Assembly: GCA_963726075.1 (NCBI GenBank)
Contig: CAVSAQ010000002.1
Location: forward strand, 607,868-671,867
Direction of reading: 5' to 3'
DNA: 64,000 nt
DNA from: an uncultured Acidobacteriota bacterium
GTDB lineage: Bacteria > Acidobacteriota > Blastocatellia > Pyrinomonadales > Pyrinomonadaceae
Shown piece after piece: positions 27,509-37,699 of this stretch. Both the position numbers and the translations under genes were made by a program. A model generated the notes under the pieces. The model did no database searches. It was not told the DNA's origin and saw nothing but the letters and a program-made list of their open reading frames with translations. How positions within the stretch are numbered: position 1 is the first letter of the stretch; every line of letters starts with the position of its first letter.

Positions 27509-28207
27509 TCATCGAGTCGGATTTCCTTCCGGACCGTGCCGGTGCGGTGGATGCCGATGAAAGGCCGAAACGCACCTTTTCGCCTGGAGTAATTGCCTGA
27601 GCCTCATGCGAGCCCGATGAAGTTGCGACTTGGAGGTTCCGATCGAGCAGCCGAGCAGATTCGCAATCTCATCATGTCTATGACCTTCGATAACGAAAAG
27701 AACGAACACAGATCGGCAACCAGGAGCCAATTGGGCGAGGGCTGATTTTAAAGCTACGCGGTCGACAAGTTGCGCATTAGACAACCGCTGGTTCCGGGCG
27801 AAAACCGCATCACTTGCATCATCAATCATCTGGAGCTCTCTGCGGATCGTAGGACTCCGAAAATGCATCAGCACCAGATTTGCAGTAAGACGGTGCAGCC
27901 AGGTAGTGAAGCGACTGTCGCCTCGAAATGTCCCGATCTTGCGCAGCAGATGAATGAAAACTTCCTGCGTTAAGTCCTCAGCATCGGCTCCATTTCGCGT
28001 CATACGCAAAGCGAGTGCGTAAACTCGCCCGCGGTGACGGCTATATAATTCTCCGAGCGCGCTGGTTGATCCCTTCGCTGCCGCGCGCGCCAGGAGGTAA
28101 TCTGAATCATTCAGATGTTCAGGCGTTAAGACCACGCCGTACCGCCCGTGCATGAGAGCAGTGTTCGCGGCTGGGTTGGTTTGAATTGTCTGTAAGCTTC
28201 CGCTCAT
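27509..28207 (-). CDS. ECF-type RNA polymerase sigma factor
   Basis: Region 2 (DAEDLTQEVFIHLLRKIGTFRGDSRFTTWLHRLTAN) and region 4 HTH (HDEIANLLGCSIGTSKSQLHRAR). Confidence 0.85.
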   Translation of the reverse strand: MSGSLQTIQTNPAANTALMHGRYGVVLTPEHLNDSDYLLARAAAKGSTSALGELYSRHRGRVYALALRMTRNGADAEDLTQEVFIHLLRKIGTFRGDSRFTTWLHRLTANLVLMHFRSPTIRRELQMIDDASDAVFARNQRLSNAQLVDRVALKSALAQLAPGCRSVFVLFVIEGHRHDEIANLLGCSIGTSKSQLHRARMRLRQLLQAKRCVSAFHRHPPHRHGPEGNPTR

Positions 28208-28222
28208 TCCTTAATCTTCCGA

Positions 28223-28853
28223 TCACTGCCACAGCAACTCACACTGCGTTCTGATTCGCTCGCACAACTCCACGATCGCATCCAAATCGCTTCGCGCTTT
28301 TAAGGATCCAATTACGTGAAGCACACGCTCTGTGGGTAATTCATTCCGAACCGCGTCCTCGATTAGAGCCGAGAGTGCCTGAAGTGAAAGCCTCAATTGT
28401 GGACGGTCAGCCGGGAGTTCCAGTCTGCGAACGGCTTCCCTCGGTGTTGAATTGGCGAGCGCCAGAGAGGAGCGGATCCGTATTGCACGTTTTCTTATCT
28501 CTGCCATTTCGACTGCAATCGCCCTGAAATCGAGTTCGTTAGATTGCGACGCGCGCGTTAAGTGAGCCGCAGCGGTTTTGAGGTACTTAAGGTCATCCGT
28601 CAGCAGAGTTCGAGCTGAATTGGACTCGCCCAGGACGATTGGGTTGCTACCAGGGTCTTGAACCTTGAAGCGCTCCCACATAAGGAGAGTCACGATACTC
28701 GCACCGCTTGCGCTCAGGTCCTTCAATTCCCGCGCATGCCGCGCGCCGTTCGTTGGATGGCGGAGGCTGAGCGACTGCTGATGTAGCGATGCATGTCGCG
28801 ACGAATATCGCTGCCAAAAGATTAGACGTTGTGCGTGATTTCATCCCGTGCAC
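28223..28853 (-). pseudogene. secreted hypothetical protein, apparently split by a 1-nt frameshift near 28730..28745
   Basis: ORF 28647..28853 carries only a signal peptide; ORF 28223..28726 continues in another frame; dropping one nt gives ...NERRAAARELKDLSASG... Confidence 0.4.
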
Positions 28854-28899
28854 CTGAAAGACCCTAATTGTATGTAAGGCACGGAAAGGCGAGCAGGCA

Positions 28900-28915
28900 C
28901 TGTCAGTTTTGACAG
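28900..28915. promoter_or_regulatory. CTGTCA-N4-TGACAG palindrome (consensus copy)
   Basis: CTGTCAGTTTTGACAG; TACGAT 28939..28944 23 nt to the right (porin operon); TACATA (minus) 23 nt to the left. Confidence 0.6.
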
Positions 28916-29005
28916 TTACTTGCTCTGGATCACGTCGTTACGATTCCGCGTGTTGACAGGCTCCTTGTCCGGCAAATGGTCGGAGCAAATGTCGAAGGAG
29001 GTTAG

Positions 29006-30467
29006 ATGAAAATCAGACATCAGTCGCAGCGGTTGAAGGTCGTCGGCTCAATGCTCATTGGAATCGTTTTGCTGGCTCCTGGCGGCACGTTGATAGCTCA
29101 ATCACCGGACCCGCAAAAGCCTTCTCCGGCGAGCCCGGAAGTACAGCAGCTCAAAGATCGAGTGCTGCAGCTCGAGGAAACGGTCAAGCTGCTCAAGGCC
29201 CAGGTTGAGTCCGTGAACTCGCAAAAGACACCTGATGTGGCGATCGGCGAGAAGGTCGCGTCGCCTGCGACTACGTCGGCCGCTACGGATGCGGTGAACG
29301 CTCCAGCGACCACGGCAAAACCTGACGACCCGCCGGGCGAGAGCACCTTCACGATTTATGGATTTGCGATGCTCGATTCGGGTTACCAATTCAAGCAAAA
29401 CCATCCGGATTGGTTCGACGTGGTCCGTCCAACTAAGTTGCCATCGTTTTCAGATGAGTTTGCGCCTAACGGCAACACGTTTTTTGGTGTCAGACAGAGC
29501 CGGCTCGGTGTTAAGTCGTCGACACCAACCAAATACGGCGAACTAAAAACTCAATTTGAGTTCGAATTGTTTGGCACCGGTGCGGACGCAGGGCAAACGA
29601 CTTTCCGCTTGCGCCACGCTTGGGGAGAGTTGGGCCAATTCGGCGGCGGCCAGCATAACAGCACCTTCATGGACGGCGATGTGTTTCCAAACACGATCGA
29701 GTATTGGGGACCAAACGGAATGGTTCTGTTCCGGAACGTGCAGTTTCGTTGGATGCCAATGAAGGGACGCAACGCCTTAAACATTGCTCTGGAGCGACCA
29801 GGCGCCAGCGCCGACCAGGGCCGGTTTGTAGATCGCATCGAGCTACAGGGTGTGCGGCCGCACAACAGACTGCCAGACCTTACCGCGAATTTTCGAATGA
29901 CTCGCGACTGGGGTCATTTCCAGGTGGCGGGCCTCCTAAAGCGGATGGCATGGATCGACACGATTGCTGACGACGTTGATTTGGACGGCAGCGCCGTTGG
30001 TGCGGGACTCAACCTGACTTCCGCAGTCAAGTTTGGCGAGAACTCCACGGGAAAGTTTGCCGTTCGTTTTTGGCCAGGGAATCCAAAACTACATGAACGA
30101 TGCGGATGTTGACGTTGGCATCGAGACGAATCTTGCGGCTGGAGATCCTCGACGTCCGATCGTTGGTAAGGCGTTACCGATGTGGAGCTTTATCGCTTAT
30201 CTGGACCACAACTGGAACAAGCGCTTCAGCTCATCCTTCGGATATTCAATGATGGATGTCGACAACTCCAACGGTCAGGCACCCGACGCATACCGGCGCG
30301 GCCACTACGCTTCGGGCAACCTGCTTTTCTACCCGGTCGACAACACCATGCTGGGCGGTGAATTCATCTGGGGTCGTCGGGAAAACTTCCTGGACGGCTT
30401 CAAATCAGACGACTTTCGAATTCAATTCTCGTTCAAGTACAACTTTTCGAAAGAGTTTAAGTTCTGA
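29006..30467 (+). pseudogene. DcaP-like coiled-coil porin interrupted by a frameshift in the T5 run at 30067..30071
   Basis: ORF 29006..30112 and ORF 30033..30467 are in different frames; the barrel sequence continues ...STGKFAV/VFGQGIQNYMND...; ends FKF. Confidence 0.65.
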
Positions 30468-30528
30468 AACGGATCGCTCGCTACTCGGAGCGAGCTAATC
30501 ACCCGACTTTGTGAAGGAGAAATACGCA

Positions 30529-31587
30529 ATGTTGAGACGAAGATTCAGTTCAAAGATCGCCGTGATGCTGTTCATCACGATCCTGTCTACGGTGCCGTTC
30601 TCTGTTTCGGGACAGAAAGCCAGTCCGGTAGCGCCTAATCGTGCTCAGGTTGAGACGGTGATTAAGGAGGCTTACGAAAAGTTTCGCAGCGATACCAGCG
30701 GGAAGAACGCCGACTACATTCCGTTTCTGGCGCAGGTGGATTCAAAGATGTTCGGAGTCGCCGTCGTCAGTACTGATAAGCAGGCAGTATCGGTCGGCGA
30801 GGTCAATTATTCCTTCTCGATCCAGTCAATCTCCAAAGTCTTCACGTTGGCGTTGGCGATGGAGGAACTGGGAGCAGCCCGCGTCTTTGAGCGCATCGGC
30901 AGCGAACCCACGGGGCGAGCTTTCAACTCAGTGCCGGCCGTGGTTGACATGCAAACGCACACAGGTAATCCGCTGGTAAACGCGGGCGCCATTGCCACCA
31001 CCAGTCTTATCTCAGGCAAAGACGCTAACGAAAAGTGGAACAAGATTCTCGACTTCTACAGCCGCGCGGCCGGCGAAAAACTCACGCTCATCGATGAAGT
31101 CTATAAATCCGAGGCCGCGACAAACGCGGGCAATAAGGCGCTCTCCATGCTGCTTGCGAAATACGAACGCATCTATGCCGACCCGTTTGAGTCCGTCGAC
31201 ATTTACACGAAGCAATGCTCGGTCGGAGTGAATGTGATCCAGCTCGCGCGCATGGGCGCGACGCTGGCGAACAATGGCAAGAACCCGCTGACCGGTGAAC
31301 AGGTAATCAAGCCTGAGAACGTTCCTTACATTCTTTCAGCCATGACGATGGCCGGCTTGTATGACGGCTCGGGAGGATGGGCCTGGAAAGTTGGCCTGCC
31401 TGCAAAAAGCGGCGTGGGCGGCGGCATAGTTGCAGTCGTCCCGGGCAAAGGCGCGATCGCGGTTTTCTCGCCCCGGCTCGACGAAGCCGGTAACAGCGTC
31501 AAGGCGCAGAGAGTAATCGAATACGTGGCTGACAAGCTCGACTTCAATTTGTTCTCGCCACGCTCTGTTGGATTGAAGGGCGAATAA
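30529..31587 (+). CDS. glsA: glutaminase A with N-terminal signal peptide
   Basis: Serine-beta-lactamase-like glutaminase motifs (IQSISKVFTLALAME, NAGAI, VGGGIVAVVPG); RBS GAAGGAGA. Confidence 0.85.
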   Translation: MLRRRFSSKIAVMLFITILSTVPFSVSGQKASPVAPNRAQVETVIKEAYEKFRSDTSGKNADYIPFLAQVDSKMFGVAVVSTDKQAVSVGEVNYSFSIQSISKVFTLALAMEELGAARVFERIGSEPTGRAFNSVPAVVDMQTHTGNPLVNAGAIATTSLISGKDANEKWNKILDFYSRAAGEKLTLIDEVYKSEAATNAGNKALSMLLAKYERIYADPFESVDIYTKQCSVGVNVIQLARMGATLANNGKNPLTGEQVIKPENVPYILSAMTMAGLYDGSGGWAWKVGLPAKSGVGGGIVAVVPGKGAIAVFSPRLDEAGNSVKAQRVIEYVADKLDFNLFSPRSVGLKGE

Positions 31588-31614
31588 GACGACCTGTCGA
31601 GATGGGGCAATGCA

Positions 31615-33228
31615 ATGAGGATGACCTTGGCTCTTTCTCACGATCGCACGGTACCGCGGCGGCGCAGCGGCTTAATGCTACGCACCGCGGTGCTCGTCGC
31701 GGTTCTATTGATTTCAAGTGTTGTCTGCTACCCACAGAACCCGAACGAGAAAGAACAGCAACCCGATGCAAAGCCTACACCCGATCAGAATCCGCTAACG
31801 AACGATGAGCGCGCTGAACTGTTGAAGCTAATTCGCAGTCTTCAGGAACGCGTGGAGAGACTTGAAGCCGCACAAGCGGATACTCAAACTTCAGCGCCTA
31901 CACAATCTGTTGGAACAAACGCCGGCGCGAGAACGAGCGATCAAACTGACGTCGCTGCTGTTCCAGTCGCAGAACCAAAGCCTCCCAAACAAGACGACGA
32001 CAAGAATTTCGACGGAAAGTACACGCCCAACCTCGGATACAAAGTCGCTAACACCGAATACGGCGACATGAACATCAGCATTTATTCGTACGTTCGCTAC
32101 TTAAACCAGCGTGCTTTGGATCCGACGTACACCGACGCATTCGGGAACACCAAAGACATTCAGCGCCGCCAGGACATCCAACTGCTAAAGCTGCAAGTTA
32201 AGTTTCTGGGATGGATTCTCGATCCGAAGCTGCGCTACTTCCTGTACGCGTGGACGTCCAATGCCAACCAGGGACAGGGCGCGCAGGTGGTGCTGGCCGG
32301 AAACCTTCAGTACACCTTCAACCGCCACCTCACGGTTGGCGGCGGAGTTCGATCCTTGCCCGGCACCCGCAGCGTTGAAGGCAACTTCCCGTTCTGGACC
32401 AACGTCGACAGCCGTCATATCGCCGATGAATTCATGCGGCCTTCCTACACGTCAGGTGTCTGGGCCACGGGCGAAATCGTCAAGCGTTTGAAGTACCAGG
32501 TCATGCTCGGCAATAACATGAGCACGCTCGGAGTGCCTGCGTCACGTTTAGACAACGGCCTCAACACTCTTTCCAGTGCGCTCATCTGGTTTCCGACCGG
32601 CGACTTCGAAAAAGGATTTTCCGGGCAGGGCTGGGGAGACTTTGAGCATCACGACCAATTCTCCACGCGAGTCGGATTTCACTACACTCGCAGCAACGAA
32701 AACAAAGAAAGCCAACCAAGTTCAGATCAATTCGAGAACACTCAACTGCGATTGTCGGATGGCACCGTCATCTTCACCACCGACCTGTTCGGACCCGGCA
32801 TCACGATTACAGATGCGCGCTACCAGATGGCCACAATCGACGCGGCCTTCAAGTATCGAGGCTTTTCTGTCGAAGGCGAGTACTTCTGGCGCTGGATCGA
32901 TAACTTCAAATTCTTAAATCAGATAACTCCGCAACAGGGCGCCTCAGTCAACAATCTGTTCGACCACAGCTTCCAGATTCAGGGTACAGCGATGTTGGTG
33001 CCGAAGAGTTGGCAGGCTTATGTCGGCTTCTCGAAAATCTTTGGACAGTACGGCCAGCCGCGCGATTTCCGCGCCGGCATGAATTGGTTTCCCTTCGGGA
33101 ACAAGGTGCTTCGGTGGAACAACGAAGCACTCTACCTGCACAGGTCGCCCGTTGGTTACACGTCCGTCCCGTATCCCGTCGGCGGACGTGGCTGGGTGTT
33201 CCACTCGAGTTTAGAACTGGCATTTTGA
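31615..33228 (+). CDS. outer-membrane porin with N-terminal coiled coil (paralogue of 41591)
   Basis: Signal-like N-terminus, coiled coil (LIRSLQERVERLEAAQ), beta-barrel body, C-terminal LAF. Confidence 0.65.
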   Translation: MRMTLALSHDRTVPRRRSGLMLRTAVLVAVLLISSVVCYPQNPNEKEQQPDAKPTPDQNPLTNDERAELLKLIRSLQERVERLEAAQADTQTSAPTQSVGTNAGARTSDQTDVAAVPVAEPKPPKQDDDKNFDGKYTPNLGYKVANTEYGDMNISIYSYVRYLNQRALDPTYTDAFGNTKDIQRRQDIQLLKLQVKFLGWILDPKLRYFLYAWTSNANQGQGAQVVLAGNLQYTFNRHLTVGGGVRSLPGTRSVEGNFPFWTNVDSRHIADEFMRPSYTSGVWATGEIVKRLKYQVMLGNNMSTLGVPASRLDNGLNTLSSALIWFPTGDFEKGFSGQGWGDFEHHDQFSTRVGFHYTRSNENKESQPSSDQFENTQLRLSDGTVIFTTDLFGPGITITDARYQMATIDAAFKYRGFSVEGEYFWRWIDNFKFLNQITPQQGASVNNLFDHSFQIQGTAMLVPKSWQAYVGFSKIFGQYGQPRDFRAGMNWFPFGNKVLRWNNEALYLHRSPVGYTSVPYPVGGRGWVFHSSLELAF

Positions 33229-33236
33229 GGATTGAA

Positions 33237-34343
33237 ATGAAAAACCGACGCCGTTGGGAGGTCAGTCCGCGATTCGCGCAAATTCTATTTCTCTGTGCGC
33301 TGATCGCGTCATCGATTTCACCGGCCACCCGGGCAGGTTCAAATACCGCGCAAGCTGACGACTACCTTTTCAACGACACTCACTTTCACCTGACCAACTA
33401 TATTCAGGAAGGCATCGACATTCACGACTTCCTGAAAGTCATGGGCAACAAAGCCGGGCGAGTCGCAATCTTCGGAATTCCGCTCCAACAACAGTGGTCG
33501 TATCGCGTGGATGGCGAACGCGCTCCCACTTATTATCTCAACTCTGACGCGCCGCTCTATTACTACTCGTTCACCGACGCGCGGATTGCAACGTCTTACA
33601 AGTCTTTATCGAAAGAAGACCAGGCGCGCTTTGATCCGATGATTACCGGGTTCAATCCTACGGACATGTACGCCGCGGATCATATTCGGCGCGTATTGAA
33701 AACTTTTCCGGGAGTGTTCAGCGGCATCGGCGAATTCTCGATACATAAGGAATTCGTCTCGGCCAAAATTTCCGGCGAGGTTGCCAGCCTCAACGACCAG
33801 GCGCTGGACCGGCTGATCGACTTCGCCGCTGAGGCGGGCCTTGTCATCCTGCTTCATTGCGACGTGGACGCTCCGTTTCCAAAAGCGGGAGCCTCACCGG
33901 CATACGCCGCGCAGATCAAGACGCTGTTTAAACGGCATCCCAATGCCCGCATCATTTGGGCCCACATTGGCGTCGGCCGCATCGTTCGCCCGGTCCAAGA
34001 GCAGGGCGCGATTGTCGAAGAAATCATCAATGATCCGCAGCTCAAGAACGTGCACTTCGATATTTCGTGGGATGAAGTTGCGAAGTACATCGTCGCTACA
34101 CCTGAATCAACCAAAAATGCCGCCGCGATAGTTAATCGCTATCCCGATCGTTTCCTTTTTGGCACGGACGAGGTCGCGCCGGCTAATCAAGAGCAGTACC
34201 TGAGGGTCTATCAACAGTACGCGTCTTTTTGGAAACTCTTGACACCGGAAGCGAGCGAGAAAGTGCGCAAGGGAAACTACGTCAGACTATTCGATGAAGC
34301 GCGCCGCCGCGTGCGGAATTGGGAAGCAGCAAATTCGAAATGA
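33237..34343 (+). CDS. secreted amidohydrolase-family (TIM-barrel metal hydrolase) protein
   Basis: Signal peptide; DTHFHL metal motif near N-terminus, LHCD, later FGTD. Confidence 0.65.
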   Translation: MKNRRRWEVSPRFAQILFLCALIASSISPATRAGSNTAQADDYLFNDTHFHLTNYIQEGIDIHDFLKVMGNKAGRVAIFGIPLQQQWSYRVDGERAPTYYLNSDAPLYYYSFTDARIATSYKSLSKEDQARFDPMITGFNPTDMYAADHIRRVLKTFPGVFSGIGEFSIHKEFVSAKISGEVASLNDQALDRLIDFAAEAGLVILLHCDVDAPFPKAGASPAYAAQIKTLFKRHPNARIIWAHIGVGRIVRPVQEQGAIVEEIINDPQLKNVHFDISWDEVAKYIVATPESTKNAAAIVNRYPDRFLFGTDEVAPANQEQYLRVYQQYASFWKLLTPEASEKVRKGNYVRLFDEARRRVRNWEAANSK

Positions 34344-34435
34344 AGTTCAGAGTACAAAGCTTTAGCTTGCTAGTTTCAGGCAACAGCCCGCGGGCTGGAC
34401 TCTGAACGATGGGCCGGAAAGTCAGGAGGCTTGAA

Positions 34436-36025
34436 ATGGAACGAAGAAAAATAAGCGCGGTTTGCCGGTCACGAATGGTTCGCTGGATCGCGTTGATTAC
34501 GAGCGTGGCCGTTTTTGTGGCGTTAACGCCATTGGCGCGAGCGGAGAATCTGCCGCCCCAACCGCCGGCGGCGGATGACGCAGTGAAGATACCGGCGGAT
34601 CAGCTTGATGCGCTCGTCGCGCCCATCGCGCTATACCCGGATAACTTATTGAGTCAAACGCTAGTGGCTTCAACTTATCCTCTGGAGATCGTTCAACTTC
34701 AGCAATGGCTGGGACGAAACCCGGACCTTGTTAAGGACCAAAAGAAGTTGGCCGATGCAGTTAAGAAGCAGCCATGGGACCCGAGCATTCAGGCAATGGC
34801 GGCTTTGCCAGACTTAGTGAAGCGGCTGGCTGATGATATCCAGTGGACCACCGACATGGGCAATGCTTTTCTTGCTCAGCAGAGTGATGTGATGGATGCC
34901 GTCCAAAGAATGCGTGGGAAAGCGCAGGACAAGGGTGCACTGCAATCGAACCAACAACACAGGGTCGAAACCCAGGTGATCCAGAGCAAGGAGGTGATCG
35001 TAATCGAACAGTCAAACCCAGAAGTGGTCTATGTACCCTCGTACAATCCAACGGTTGTTTATGGTGCGGCGGTCTATCCGTATCCGCCCATTTACTACCC
35101 ACCTTCAACCGGCGCCGTGATTGCCGCGAGTGCAATTGGGTTCGGGGTTGGCTGGGCCATGGGCGCTGCTTGGGGCGGTGGCGGCTGGGGTTGGGGCGCT
35201 GGCTGGGGTGGCAACGATATCAACGTCAACATGAACAATAACTTCAATCGCAGCGCGAACATTAACAACATTAGTGGAAATCGCGTCGGCAACACCGCCG
35301 CGCGTGGCGGTAATAAATGGCAGCACAATCCGTCTCATCGCGGCGGAGCACCTTACGGCGATCGCAGTACCGCGAATAGATTCGGCGGCACCGCGCGGGG
35401 TGATTCACTGAACAATCGCCAACGAGCCGCGACCAGAGACATTGGACGGCAGGGTGGCAATCTCGGTAGTACAACCCGGCCGGGCGGTGTCGGCGACAAC
35501 CGTGGCGGTGTTGGAAATAACCGTGGCGACGTCGGCAACCGCGGTAGTGTGGGCGACAATCGTGGCGGCGTTGGAAATAATCGCGGCGACGTCGGCAACC
35601 GCGGTGGTGTGAGCGACAACCGCGGCGGCGTTGGAAATAACCGTGGCGACGTTGGCAATCGTGGCGGAGTGGGCGACAACCGGGGTAGTGCCGGCAATCG
35701 TGGCGGAGCCGGTGTGAGTGATCGCTCATCCGGCATTTCCAACCGAGGCGGAAGCAGCGGCAACTTCGGTGGCAGCGATCGCGTGGGTAACCGCAGTGTC
35801 GGCAGTAGTTCTTCCTCAATGAGTAATCGTGGTGGCGGATTCGGCGGTGGCTCGGGCGGCTTTGACGGAGCGAGCGCTCGTTCCAGTAGCAGTCGGGGCG
35901 CTTCGAGTATGAGCAGCGGAAGTCGCGGTGGTGGTGGCGGCTTCGGCGGCGGCGGTGGTGGTGGTAGTCGCGGAGGAGGCGGCGGTGGTGGTGGTCGCGG
36001 AGGCGGCGGTGGCCGCCGACGTTAA
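34436..36025 (+). CDS. DUF3300-domain protein with Gly/Arg/Asn-rich repetitive C-terminus
   Basis: LVAPIALYPDNLLSQTLVASTYPLEIVQLQQW is the DUF3300 signature; low-complexity tail. Confidence 0.75.
   Translation: MERRKISAVCRSRMVRWIALITSVAVFVALTPLARAENLPPQPPAADDAVKIPADQLDALVAPIALYPDNLLSQTLVASTYPLEIVQLQQWLGRNPDLVKDQKKLADAVKKQPWDPSIQAMAALPDLVKRLADDIQWTTDMGNAFLAQQSDVMDAVQRMRGKAQDKGALQSNQQHRVETQVIQSKEVIVIEQSNPEVVYVPSYNPTVVYGAAVYPYPPIYYPPSTGAVIAASAIGFGVGWAMGAAWGGGGWGWGAGWGGNDINVNMNNNFNRSANINNISGNRVGNTAARGGNKWQHNPSHRGGAPYGDRSTANRFGGTARGDSLNNRQRAATRDIGRQGGNLGSTTRPGGVGDNRGGVGNNRGDVGNRGSVGDNRGGVGNNRGDVGNRGGVSDNRGGVGNNRGDVGNRGGVGDNRGSAGNRGGAGVSDRSSGISNRGGSSGNFGGSDRVGNRSVGSSSSSMSNRGGGFGGGSGGFDGASARSSSSRGASSMSSGSRGGGGGFGGGGGGGSRGGGGGGGGRGGGGGRRR
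35489..35713 (+). repeat. in-frame 60-nt tandem repeat (about 3.7 copies) inside the DUF3300 gene
   Basis: Units start at 35489, 35549, 35609, 35669, each encoding V(G/S)DNRGGVGNNRGDVGNRG(S/G). Confidence 0.85.
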
Positions 36026-36053
36026 GCAAAGCATGGGAAAGGAGAGAAGAAAA

Positions 36054-37031
36054 ATGAAATCACTAGTCAATAATCTACAAAGCTGCGCACTTAGGCTAAT
36101 GGTGGGAGCACTCACCCTTTCGTGTTTGCTGTTGGGCTCCGCGTCTCACACGGATGCACAAACAAAGTCTCAAACATTCTGGACGCCGCAGGCCGCGGCT
36201 GACGCGTTGATTGATGCTGCGGGAAAATTTGACGAAGCGACTCTTAAAGAGATCCTTGGCCCCAACAGTCAAGACATCATTCATTCCGGTGAACCAGCCC
36301 GCGATAAGGAGAGAGCGATCCAGTTTGCCGCACTTGCCCGAACCAGGCAGAGAGTGACGAAAGACGCATGGAATTCTCGCCGCGCAACACTATTTGTCGG
36401 CAATGAGGATTGGCCTTTTCCCGTGCCGATCGTCAAACGGCCGAACAACAAATGGTCCTTTGACTCGGCCGCAGGCCTGCAGGAGATTCTTCGCCGCCGA
36501 GTTGGTCAGAACGAACTTACGGCGATTGAAATCTGCCGCGGCTTTGTCGAAGCACAGCATGAATACGCGTTGATGAAAAAGACCGGCGGCGTGAATCAAT
36601 ACGCGCAGCGAATTATCAGCGCGGAAGGTCAGCAAGACGGATTAGCCTGGAAGAACACCGACGGAATCTGGGGTGGACCAATAGGCGAGAAGGCGGCCCA
36701 GGCTATTACTCGCGGCTATCACAGCGGTGATCCCTATCACGGCTACTTTTTCAAAGTCCTGAAAGGGCAAGGTCCCTTGGCGCCCCTGGGCCAATTGGAC
36801 TTTGTCGTGAAGGGCGTGATGATTGGCGGCTTTGCTCTGATCGCGACGCCGGCTCAATACCGGATTACCGGAGTCAAAACGTTCATGGTCAGTCACGACG
36901 GCGTGGTCTATGAAAAAGATCTGGGACCTAAGACGCTGGAAATCTTTCAAGCGGTAGAGCGGTTTAACCCGGACCAGAGTTGGAAACCGGTCTCGGAAGC
37001 TGTGAGCTACAAAGTGAAACCGGGGGCGTGA
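36054..37031 (+). CDS. DUF2950-like secreted protein
   Basis: Signal peptide; usual partner of DUF3300 genes; motifs YHGYFFKVL and FALIATPAQY. Confidence 0.65.
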   Translation: MKSLVNNLQSCALRLMVGALTLSCLLLGSASHTDAQTKSQTFWTPQAAADALIDAAGKFDEATLKEILGPNSQDIIHSGEPARDKERAIQFAALARTRQRVTKDAWNSRRATLFVGNEDWPFPVPIVKRPNNKWSFDSAAGLQEILRRRVGQNELTAIEICRGFVEAQHEYALMKKTGGVNQYAQRIISAEGQQDGLAWKNTDGIWGGPIGEKAAQAITRGYHSGDPYHGYFFKVLKGQGPLAPLGQLDFVVKGVMIGGFALIATPAQYRITGVKTFMVSHDGVVYEKDLGPKTLEIFQAVERFNPDQSWKPVSEAVSYKVKPGA

Positions 37032-37158
37032 ATCATTTTCTGCAATATCCCGCGGAACGCGGCTTTGCACAAAAAGTCTTAGGTGACGCTGATTGCTCTT
37101 GATTGATCGCTGATCACTTCAGATCTGGCTGACAATATTTAACGAAGCTGCGAACGCA

Positions 37159-37452
37159 GCGGATGTATTTAAGCCCAAGTCGAGGCTTTGCGAGCCTTGG
37201 GTTACGATGGTTAATAAAATTTGTAGGAGCCGCGGAGCGGCGACCTTGAGTTAAGCTATCGAAAGGATCGCTAGCAAGATTTCTCTTCAGAATGGACCAC
37301 TCAACGAGGCACTCAACGTTGGTTCTGACTCGAAACTCAAAACTCTGAGCCTCGGGAGTGAGATGTCGCCCGCTTCGCGGGCTCCGCTCATCTATAACGG
37401 GCATGGTTTCCCAAGGCTCGCAAAGCCTCGCCTTGGGCTTAGCTACATCCGC
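37159..37452. repeat. pair of inverted REP-like elements
   Basis: Arm 37159..37250 and arm 37360..37452 are reverse complements (core GCGGATGTA..TAAGCCCAAG.CGAGGCTTTGCGAGCCTTGGG plus GGAGCC.GCG.AGCGG.CGAC). Confidence 0.75.
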
Positions 37453-37606
37453 CCCGATGAATCGGGGCTCGACGAGTTTGTTCGCTCACCCCGGCCTTTT
37501 TGGGCAAAGCTCGCGGACGCTGATTATGCCAATAGCCGAGGCGTGAATCACCCCTGTTCCGCCAGTTGCTCTGTACCTCAAAGCTGCATTCCTTCCCTTG
37601 GAAAAA

Positions 37607-37622
37607 CTGTCAGTTTTGACAG
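37607..37622. promoter_or_regulatory. CTGTCA-N4-TGACAG palindrome (consensus copy)
   Basis: CTGTCAGTTTTGACAG; TACAAT 37646..37651 23 nt beyond; 77 nt upstream of sdaA. Confidence 0.6.
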
Positions 37623-37699
37623 TGGTTCGCTGAATCTCACCCATCTACAATTTTCAATCGGCGAATGCGATCAACAGCTCATTTTGCAAAGGAGTAGCG

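Noticed and set aside
35489-35713. The regular 60-nt repeats could be a CRISPR array.
   Set aside because: The repeats are contiguous with no spacers, and they are in frame inside the DUF3300 coding sequence.
35271-36029. Long minus-strand ORFs (252 aa and 136 aa) lie opposite the DUF3300 tail.
   Set aside because: Their composition is extreme (Arg/His/Cys-rich or Pro/Arg/Leu-rich) and simply mirrors the Gly/Arg/Asn repeats on the other strand. They are shadow ORFs.
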